Below, piece after piece: positions 28,463-39,378 of a DNA stretch of 64,000 nucleotides. How positions within the stretch are numbered: position 1 is the stretch's first letter; each line of letters starts with the position of its first letter. The notes beneath the pieces are model-generated. The model was not told the origin of the DNA, did no database searches, and saw only the letters and a program-made list of their open reading frames with translations. Position numbers and translations under genes: made by a program. The stretch lies in NCBI RefSeq assembly GCF_009914755.1, contig NC_060928.1. One strand, written 5' to 3'. This stretch comes from the human T2T-CHM13v2.0 reference genome, Homo sapiens.

Positions 28463-30597
28463 TTTTTTTTTTAGAAAGATGCCAGCTCTTTACTACCAGG
28501 GAAGCGGGCGTGCACACGCGTGGACCGCGCTCCTCGGAGTAGACCAGGCCCTTGCCTTCTCCCGTTTGTCAGAGGTGAGTCCTGGTACCTGACACAGGAA
28601 GTTGGTGGCCTCTGGGGAGGCTCTGATAGTTTGGCCTCTGCTGCTTCCCGGCTCAGGGCTTGCTCCTCTCAAGGAACCTGCGGGACACCATGTGCCTAGA
28701 GAGCCCCTGAGGAGGGGGAGCGCTGACCCAGCCTCCTCATGGCACGCTGCCCTCCAGCGCTCCGCACTTCACCTGCTTCCTGGCTTGCCGTGGTCAGGGT
28801 CAGTATTTACTCCACTGATTGGCACATTCAGGTTCTGAAGGAATGCAAACTGCGTGGGTGCTCTGGCGACATTGTTTGCACTGTTTATACAACCAGACAG
28901 CGTTTTAGACTAAATTCGTGTCCAAACTAACACGCACGGGAACAGGCTCCAGCTGCAGCTCCTGGGTCCATCAGGCCAGGGAGCGGCTCTACCGGAAGAT
29001 CCGGTAAGTCCTGAGCAGGCGCCCGTCCTTGCTCCACAGGGCGGTCTGGATGTGCTTGTAAGCGGGCAGGTCGGTCGATTTGCCCAGGGCGGCCACTACC
29101 GGCTTCCCCTGGAGTATCTTAGAAGCAACTCTCTTCACGTCTTCCGGCTTCTCGTTGCGGATGAACGTGCACAGCTCCTGCGGCAGCTTTCTGGAGCGAG
29201 TGGCCAGCACCTGCCTCCCCACATCCTCGAAGATCACAGGCCTGGACTCCAGGTTCATCATGAGCATGGACGTCAGCTGCGTCTTGGCTCGTTCCAGCTC
29301 CACCGCGTCCACGGTTCCGCCCATTAAAATAAACTCCTTTGTGGTGATTTCTACCATTTCTGGAACCTGCCTCGGGTCGGCGCTGGCAAGGATGCACAGG
29401 AGGCCAGTGTCCTCGTAGCTGAGGTAGTAGGAGGTCGCGTTATATATCCAGTGGTGCCTGCTGAGCACATCGAGGTAGAGCCTGGAGAATATGCCCTTGC
29501 TGGGCCTGCCAGCCGAGAAGGAGCCGCCTCCGCCCATCATCATGTTCAACAAAGCGAAGGGGATGAAGTCCTCCTCCAGGAAGGAGCAGCTCTCCAGTCT
29601 GATCCCCCATCGGGGATGGGGGTCGGGCCCAGGCTGACGTCTCTTTCTAGCTTGGCAATCCCCCCAGTGTACTGGGCCACTGTCAACATCCACAGCCTCC
29701 GCGCTCCCTCAAGCCGCCTGGACCCCCAGGAGGTACTTCCGGGCACATTCCACCAGGTGCTGGTCCTCCACACTCACGCCAGCCAGTACCACGCGGTCGG
29801 GGGTGTAGTAATTCCGCAGGTAGGAATGCAGCACTTCCCGATTGATCTTTGCTATGTTTTCTGTGGGACAGAAACGGTGGAGGCCAACTGTGGTGCCTGT
29901 TGAGCACGTTGAGGTAGAGCCTGTAAGCCGCTTCATGAATCATCTCGGTGAGGAGTGGCTCTGGGTCAGGCTGCATGTTCGGGTCCTCCAGCTCAAACTG
30001 GACCGCCATCTGCATCATCTCGACTTCTTCATCTGTTAGCTGGGGCTGCAGAACCGCATCAGCCAGTAAGCCGAACACCGTGTCCAAGCCTTTACTATCA
30101 GCAGACACAGCATACGTGGTGGTGTCACTTGATGTCTGGCAGTCACAAATACCTCCATGCTTTTCCAACGTAAGCAGTATTTCATCTTTGCTGTTAAATC
30201 GAGCATTAGAAGAAAATGCCAATTTTTCCAAAAAGTGAGCAATTCCACTAAGGTATGTTGCTTCATATCTTGATCCTGAATTAATAAGAATTCCTACTAT
30301 ACAAAACTGTCCAAACTTATTTTGAGAGGCCACGCGAAACCCGTTATCCAATGTGGTTTGAAACTTTGGATTCAAACTTTTCCTGTCCATCAACTGTAGC
30401 AAAAACATGCTTGGGTACTCCAGGTAAGGCAGAAGAGAGGGGGATGTTGGGATAGGTGCCACCACTACTAAACTGTCTGTACGCAGGAGGTCCAAACCTC
30501 AGCCGCTAGCGGCCCCGAGAACCTGAGCCCCTCAGCGACCGCGTAGCCGCCAGCACCGTAGCCGCCATCTTGAGTCTCCGCCCATTGCTTCTGTCCG
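28463..30597 (-). pseudogene. PMPCAP1: Processed pseudogene of mitochondrial-processing peptidase subunit alpha (PMPCA), full length with 5' UTR, 3' UTR and poly(A)
   Basis: ATG at 30568 gives MAATVLAATR...; then [29 protein letters not shown] (M16 alpha-subunit inactive motif), [13 protein letters not shown] glycine-rich loop, C-terminus ...RTYRIFR with stop at 28989-28991. No introns; poly(A) = T10 at 28463-28472. Disabled by stops (30506-30508, 29709-29711) and frameshifts (~30360, ~29900, ~29680, ~29600). Parent identity is secure; the symbol PMPCAP1 is from memory and assumes human. Confidence 0.95.
28489..28494 (-). terminator. Polyadenylation signal variant AGTAAA of the retrocopied mRNA
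   Basis: TTTACT on + strand, 16 nt from the poly(A) tract. Confidence 0.65.
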
Positions 30598-31211
30598 AGA
30601 CCTACTTTTTGATAGCAAAACAGAGTTACTACAGTCAATAATAACTTAATTGTACATTTTAAAATAACTAAAAGGGTATGATAGGATTGTTTGTAACACA
30701 AAGGATAAATGTTTGAGGGGATGGATGCCCCATTCTCCATGATGTGGTTATTACGCATTGCACGTCTGTATTCAAATGTCCCATGTACCCCATAAATATA
30801 TATGCACTTACTATGTACCACAAAAGTTAAAAATTTAAAAAAGCCTAAAATTATAAAATAAAAAATACTGTAAGTAAACAACGATTATAAAGATCTCAGG
30901 CTACAGAAACCCAGATTTATCTTTAAAATGTTGTTTTAATAAACCACCCGCTGCATGCTTCGGTTATCCTGGATAAAAATATCAGAGTAGTCTTAGGCAC
31001 ATAAAGAAGGTAATATGAGCCTATTGGTGACTGTTAATTTAAAACAATGATTGCAGTATCATATAACCATAGAACCTGATGATTTTAAAAATACTATTGC
31101 AGAAATTCAATAGTAAACTATGAAACCAAATCCACAGCTATTTTTTTTTTTAACAGATAAAAGCTGTATGACTTGGGTGGAGTAGCCTATAGAAATTAGC
31201 TTGGCTGAAGC

Positions 31212-31690
31212 ACTACAGTGAGAATCTATGTTTGGCTGAGAATAACCTTGGATTATATCCTATGTGCAAGCTAACTTGTTTAGTCATGGATGCTGGCAAA
31301 AGATACGAGGCTTGGGTCAGAAACAAAGGAACTTCTTACTCTCATGACATAGCAAGCAGTTTAAGCTTTGTACTTACTTTGGATTGCTCTGTTTATCTCC
31401 AAGCACCACTAACATAATTAGAATGGCCCAATGCAGGGAATTTGTGTTATACAGTCAACGAACCCTGAATCTGAGAAACCTCAACTTTGCCCGAGAGAGA
31501 GACATTGTCCTTACTATTCTCAACAACAGACAAACCTGCCTCTCCTCCAAATGGAAATACAATCTTTATTATGTTTCAAGGCTGTTTGCTATACAAATAT
31601 CTTTGAAAAGATAGTCTGGAACGAAAGCTGTCAATGCTTCTGCTCAGAAAACATATGGAAACCCAACATTCATAAAGAGTTGTCTCCAAC
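31212..31690 (-). mobile_element. Old ERV1 solo LTR (MER90/MER110-like)
   Basis: AAGGCTGTTTGCTATACAAATATCTTTGAAAAGATAGTCTGGAAC...TTGTCTCCAACA terminus; left boundary approximate. Confidence 0.6.
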
Positions 31691-32073
31691 AGGTAAGCTA
31701 AGAAAAATTCATGCAGGTCCTTCAGGGGTTTTGAAGGTTGGGCCTAATTAATGATCTATAACAATTTAAGATTTTAAGCTGATTTTATTTGACATAAAAA
31801 GGGGGAAGAATGTTTTGTTTTAGCATTATGCTAACAGAAAGACCAGTTATAAAATAAAGAATGGGAAATGTTAGGGTCTGTACTTAAATGTTATCAGTAA
31901 GAAAGAGTTTATTGGAAAATTCAATGGAAATTGTGCAGTATTTCTAATGGGAACTAATAACACTATAGGAAATAAAAGATAAGGAATATTTTTAAGTGAC
32001 ATCATCCCTACATATAAAATTTAATATATGAAAAGGGTGCATCTTAAATTAATTAACAAAAAAGTATATTTAC

Positions 32074-32290
32074 CAGGTGTGTCCAATCTTTTGGCTTCCC
32101 TGGGCCACACTGGAAGAAGAAGAATTGTCTTGGGCCACACATAAAATACACTAATAGTAGCTGATGAGCTAAAAAAAAAATCACACAAAAATCTCGTAAT
32201 GTTTTAAGAAAGTTTATGAATTTGTGTTGGGCCGCATTCAAAACTGTCCTGGGCCACATGCAGCCTACAGGCTGTGGTTAGATAAGCTTG
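32074..32290 (+). mobile_element. MER30 hAT-Charlie DNA transposon
   Basis: CAGGTGTGTCCAATCTTTTGGCTTCCCTGGGCCACACTGGAAGAAGAAGAATTGTCTTGGGCCACAC...GATAAGCTTG. Confidence 0.88.
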
Positions 32291-32834
32291 TTTTAAAAGA
32301 TATTAGAGCAATTGGTTAGTTATTTGGGGAAAAAATAACTTAGACTTTCACCCTTTAACACTTTCCAACCACATGTAGATAATTTTAAAAATTATTGAGT
32401 TTTTAAATTTAAAAATTTATAAAATGGATGTATTAGAAGAAAATATTGTGTGTGTATGGATGTGTGTAGAGGAAATTAACGTGAAGACATTATAGCTATT
32501 TCTCCATAATATTATAGATAAATAACCAAGCCATAAAAACAAATATTTGTGTCATTGTGAGAAAAACCTTCCTAAATACACAAACAAATATGGAATTCAT
32601 AAAGGCAAGTAACTTATAACACTTGCTTTTATTTACACTGTCACTTTTACACTAGTTTTCATCTCACTCTAATTGAGATACATTTTCAACACCACAAAAT
32701 ATTATTAGTTTTATTTTATGCAGTGAAAAATAATTTGTATTTACTCATAGATTTATCTTTTCCAGGACTCTCCATCCTTTCCTGAATTTTCTTACTTCTG
32801 TCTTTGATTATTTAGCTTTTGATATGAAACCGAC

Positions 32835-33763
32835 AATTCCACATTTTATTAGTCTCAAGTTTCCATGTATCAGCTTGGTTGTGACCTGGCTCAACTGATA
32901 GCTAGGTTCTGTCATGCTTTTGTGGTCAGTTGGCAGTCCAACTGATTGCAGCATGATCTAGAATGGCCCGCCACATGTATGAGATAGTTGACAAGCCATT
33001 GGTCTAGGATGTGTCTGAGTTGGGAAGACACAGCTGTAAGACTTTAGGAGTATTTCATCTTCCACTATGTTAGCCCACTATTTTTCACATAGTGGTTTCA
33101 GAGTTCTAAAGAATGATAAGAAAGCAGTTCCCATAAGCTTTTCCATAATTTCCAAAAGGCGTAATCTCTTTTCAAGCTTCTGGTTATGTCCTGTTTGCCA
33201 ATTTCCATTGTCTAAAGCAGTATGCCTGTGTATTAGTTTGCTAGATTTGGTATAACAAAGTACCACAGTCTGAGTGGCTTAAACAACAGAAATACATTTT
33301 CTCAATGTTCTACATACTAGATGTCCAAAATCAAGTTGTCAGTAGGGTGGATTTTTTCTGAGGGCTGTGAAAGAAGAAGGTTTCAGGTCCCTCTCCATCG
33401 ATTGTACATGACCATCTTTCCAGAATGTCTCATCACATAGTCTTCCCACTATACATTTCTATCTGTGCCCAAATTTCCCCTTTTTATAAGAACAACAGTC
33501 ATATTGGATTAGGACCTAATGACCTCCCTTTAACTTGATACATATATAAAACTCTATCTCCAAATAAAGTCACATTCTGAAGTACTTGGTGGTTAGAACT
33601 TCAACGTATGAATTTTGGGGGTGCACAATGCAATCAATAACAACCTAGGAAACGGGTTCAATTGATGGTTTCATAGACTCCAAATCCTGATGGGAGGATC
33701 AGGGACAACAAGGAGCTAGGTGGAGGGGGGGTAAAAAAAATGGCCACTTTTATAATCCACAAC
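32835..33763 (-). mobile_element. Old MLT1 (F/G/H-like) LTR, split by a younger MLT1B/C
   Basis: CATGCTTTTGTGGTCAGTTGGCAG, TCTAGAATGGCC, TTTCAAGCTTCTGGTTATGTCCTGTTTGCCAATTTCCATTG; resumes TGATGGGAGG...ATAATCCACAACA. Confidence 0.55.
33229..33642 (-). mobile_element. MLT1B/C MaLR solo LTR
   Basis: TGTATTAGTTTGCTAG...AACAAAGTACCACAG..TGAGTGGCTTAAACAACAGAAAT...CCAAATAAAGTCACATTCTGA...AATAACA. Confidence 0.85.
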
Positions 33764-33875
33764 AATCCAAAATCATCTTCTTTCCTGAAAAATTATTTAA
33801 TATCTCTTCTGGTGGCATGTCATTAATAACAAAATCCTTCTTTTTTATTCCTGAAAATGTATTTCACCTAATTTT

Positions 33876-34945
<1,070 letters not shown>

Positions 34946-34949
34946 GCTT

Positions 34950-35562
<613 letters not shown>

Positions 35563-35852
35563 TAGAGAGAGTGTGGCCTTTAGATAGTGTGTGTGGACAC
35601 ACACACACTCTCCCTACATGAGTTAATTATGAAACATATGATATCATGGAATAGAATTTAAGGCAAATTTGCTCATATTTAGATGGATACTTGGGACTTT
35701 TATGGAACTTAATTGCTAAATGTGAAGTGTAGAACTGAGAATGTCATGTCAAAGTCATCTATTAGAGGAGTTGTGTACTCTACTTTTTAAAAATATTTGT
35801 TATTCCTCCATGTGAATTTGCTTCATTCTTCCACTTTTTAATGCAAGCCATC

Positions 35853-36315
35853 TGTCTTTGTTTGTGTTTCTATAAAGTAATACATGAGACTGGCTGATGT
35901 ATGAAAAAAGAAAAAAAGCTTCATTTGGCTTATTGTTCTTCCAGCTGGAAAGTTCTTCCAGCTGGGCACTGGTGAGGGCCTCAGCTCCTTCCACTCATGG
36001 TGGCAGAAGTCAAAGGGAAGCCAGCATATGCAGGTATCACATGGTGAGAGAGGAACAAGAGGTAGAGGAGGGAGGTGCCAGGATCTTTTTAACAACCAGC
36101 TTTCAGGAGAACTAACAGAGCAAGAACTCACTCACTACAGAAGGATAACAAGAACTAATTGAGCAAGAACTTGCTCATTACCAAGAGGATGGCACGAAGA
36201 CATTCATGAGGGATATGTCCCTATGACCCAAACACCTTGCATTAGGACATACCTTCAACATTAGGGCTCAAACTTCAACATGAGGTTTGGTAGGACAAAC
36301 ATCCAAACTATAGCA
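35853..36315 (-). mobile_element. MSTB-like MaLR solo LTR
   Basis: TG...CA termini; exact 5-bp TSD CCATC (35848-35852, 36316-36320); GGTGAGGGCCTCAG, CCTATGACCCAAACACC, ACAAACATCCAAACTATAGCA. Confidence 0.88.
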
Positions 36316-37422
36316 CCATCTAATTTCTGATTACTTATACATTTACTTGGCCAAAATTTGGAGGCAGATTTCAAGTCCATTGACCTTATATCTACAATAC
36401 CTATCTCCAGCTAATTGAATTGAGATTTGTATTCATTTTTAAATAATGTTAATTTTTAATGTTGACAAGATGAACCAAGAAAGCTTGCTTACACTCCTAA
36501 TTTAATTAGCATCCATATTCTCTTCATTGCTCTCTTGTTTCAATGGATGGATTGTGTCTGCTCCTGCCTGATCGCCAGTTCCTCCATCCCTTCTCAAGTA
36601 CTTAACTACAGTACTTCAACAGTTTTCTTTTTTTCTGCTTCATCAATTTTCCGTCTCAATTGAATCATTTAAATGGAATATTTAACCTTATTTATGTGGT
36701 TAATAATTAATAATAACCTTATTATTTTCTCATCTCAAATAATAAGTAATACACAAATTTAAGAAACTTCAAACATCTCTTTTCTATTTCTCTCTCTAGA
36801 TACTGCCTCCATTTATCTTGCAGCCTTTACTGCAATACTTCTGAAAGTATTGTCTATACATACATTCTCTCATTTTCTCTAGAATCTACCTCATTTAGAA
36901 TTTGCCCTGTCTGATTCACTGAAACTGCCCATGTCAAGGTCACCAATGATAGTCTCCAATTATTAATAAATGTGGTGGTCATTTAATTTAATCTATCAGC
37001 TGAACTTGATCATTCCTATTTGGAACCCTTTTTCACTTGCTTCCAAGACATTTCATTCACTAGTATCTCTCCTATGATAATCCTGGCCTTTTTTTCTTAG
37101 TCTTTTTGCTTCTTCTTTCTCAACTCCCAACCCTGAAATATTGGTGTACACTGGAGCTAATCACTGGAATATTTTTATCTTCACTCTCACCATATGTGAT
37201 CCCCAATCTCATAGCTTCAGATTTGTATCCTGAAGATCTCTACCTTCTTCCTCTCCCTAATTCCCAGACTCACATATCCAACTGCCAACTGACATTTCTA
37301 CTGAAACATCTAATAAGCATCTCAAATTTAACACATCCAAAAACCTGCTTTTTACTTCTCCTCCAAAATGTTCTCTGTAGTTTTCCGTAATTCCCTACAT
37401 GAGTTAATAATTCTATTCTTGC

Positions 37423-37684
37423 ACTTTATCAGGCCAAAACCTTGGTGTTATTTATATTTCACTATCTGCCACCATATCCAATCAAAAATAAAATCTTATT
37501 ACATCTATTTTAGAAATATATTCAAAATTTGACTAGTCATTGCTACTCATGCTATCAATAATCTGGTCCAAACCACTACCATGTGTCTAAAGTACTGCAA
37601 TAGTCTCCTAAATAGTATCCCTATTATACCCTTGTAGTTCTCCAGTACATTCTCAGCAGAAAAACTGGGTGAGCTTATTAAAAT
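37423..37684 (+). repeat. Copy 1 (donor) of a 262-bp local direct duplication
   Basis: Matches 38686-38948 with 8 substitutions and 1 indel by hand alignment. Confidence 0.95.
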
Positions 37685-37697
37685 GTATGTCATATCA

Positions 37698-38181
37698 TGT
37701 CATAATTGTATTTATCAACTTGGCTAGATTAAGGGATTCCTAGATAGCTAGCAAAACATTATTTCTGGATATTTCTGTGATGGAGTTTCTAGAAGAGATT
37801 AGCATTTGAATCAGTAGACTGAGCAAGAAAGATAGATCCTAACCAATGTATGTGGGCAAAATCCACTCTGTTGAGGGCCTGAATGGAACAAAAAAACTAA
37901 GAAAGGGTGAACTCTCTCTCATTTTTTGAGCTATGAAATCCATCTTCTCTTGCCCTTGGGCCTCGAGACTCAGGACTTACATCAGCATCCCCCACCTCTA
38001 CCTCTCTTCAACCTCAGACTGGGAGTCACACCAGCTCCCCTGTTTGCTGTTACATAGGCCTTTGGACTTTAACTGAATTATACTACCAACTTTCTTACTT
38101 TATCAGCTTACAGACAGCATATTATGGGACTTCTCTGCCTTCATAATCATGAAAGCTAATTCTCTTAATAAGTCTCCTCTT

Positions 38182-38212
<31 letters not shown>

Positions 38213-38271
38213 TTACATAGATACATAGATACATGGATACATAGATGAAAAAAGAAAGAAAAAGGAAAGAA

Positions 38272-38331
<60 letters not shown>

Positions 38332-38373
38332 AAAAAGAAATAAAGAAAGGTTCTATTGGAGACTTTTGACTAT
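37698..38373 (+). mobile_element. MLT2 (ERVL) solo LTR with internal microsatellites
   Basis: TCAACTTGGCTAGATTAAGGGATTCCTAGATAGC, GAAGAGATTAGCATTTGAATCAGTAGACTGAG, TTATGGGACTTCTCTGCCTTCATAATCATG. Confidence 0.82.
38182..38348. repeat. Compound (TAGA)n / (TAGATACA)n / (GAAA)n microsatellite
   Basis: TAGA run 38182-38212, TACA-interrupted units to 38225, GAAA run to 38348. Confidence 0.95.
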
Positions 38374-38685
38374 TTTGCATAGAATTAGATTAAAGCCCGT
38401 CTTTACTACGTTTTGTATCGTCTTGCTCCAAAAATATCTCTTCAACCTCATCAGCAACTATTCTTCCACTTACTTGGTGTACTATAGTAGCAGTGCCTTT
38501 TTTGTTGTCTCTTGATTACATAACAAATATATTAACCTTAGGACCTTTACACTTCTGTTCCTTCTGCCTAGAAATGCTCTTATCCAAATATCTGCATACT
38601 GGCTTCCTTATTATCTTAATATATTTATTGACATCTTGTCAGTGAGACTCTCTCTACACTCTGTAAAACTTCAGCACCCTTGACA

Positions 38686-38948
38686 ACTTTCTCAGGCCAG
38701 AACCTTGGTGTTATTTATATTTCACTATCTGCCACCATATCCAATCAAAAATAAAATCTTATTACATCTATTTTAGAAATATATTCAAAATTTGACTAGT
38801 TATTGCTACTCATGCTATCAATAATCTGGTCCAAACCACTACCATGTGTCTAAAGTACTGCAATAGTCTCTTAAGTGGTATCCCTATTATACCCTTGCAG
38901 TTCTCCAGTACATTCTCAGCAGAAAAACTGGGGTGAGTTTATTAAAAT
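38686..38948 (+). repeat. Copy 2 (insertion) of the 262-bp duplication
   Basis: About 97% identical to 37423-37684, offset 1263 bp. Confidence 0.95.
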
Positions 38949-39039
38949 TTCTTTCTTTCATCTATGTATCTATGCATCTAGGTGTCTATCTATCTAAGAG
39001 GTATTGCTCTTTCTATTGATTTATTATTTCTATGACTAT

Positions 39040-39378
39040 TAACTACAAAAACTTATATTCTCACGGTTGCGGGAAGTCTGCCATCAGGGTTCCAGCATGG
39101 ATGTGTGGTTCGGTTCTGGTGTAGGTTTCTTCCTGGCTTACAGATAGTCCCTTTTTTGCTGTATGCTCACATGGCCATTTCTTGGTTGATGCCTGTAGAA
39201 AGTGAGAAAGAGCTTTCCCTCTTCCCTTCTTATAAGGCTGTAAGTCCTAAAGGAGTGGGATCTGATCCTTATGACCTCCTTAAACTTTGATTATCTCTTC
39301 AAAGTTCTTTCTTAAAATATAATAATATTGGAAGTTTGGGCTTTGACATATGAATTCAGTATACACTTCAGTTCATAA
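39040..39378 (-). mobile_element. MLT1A-like LTR
   Basis: TTCTCACGGTT..GGGAAGTCTGCCATCAGGGTTCCAGCATGG, CCTGGCTTACAGA, CTCACATGGCC, CTTCTTATAAGG, CCTTATGACCTC. Confidence 0.75.

Noticed and set aside
29052-30238. Several overlapping plus-strand ORFs (65-150 aa)
   Set aside because: Antisense shadows of the GC-rich PMPCA coding sequence; no independent homology recognised.
28463-30597. Functional PMPCA paralog (retrogene)
   Set aside because: Stop at codon 21, a second stop and at least four frameshifts.
30468-30881. 137-aa ORF running from L1 antisense sequence into the pseudogene 5' end
   Set aside because: Out of frame with PMPCA, mostly L1 3' UTR antisense, no promoter or other support.
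38182-38348. CRISPR-like or regularly spaced repeat array
   Set aside because: Simple microsatellites with no unique spacers; eukaryotic context. No repeat-spacer array seen anywhere in the window.
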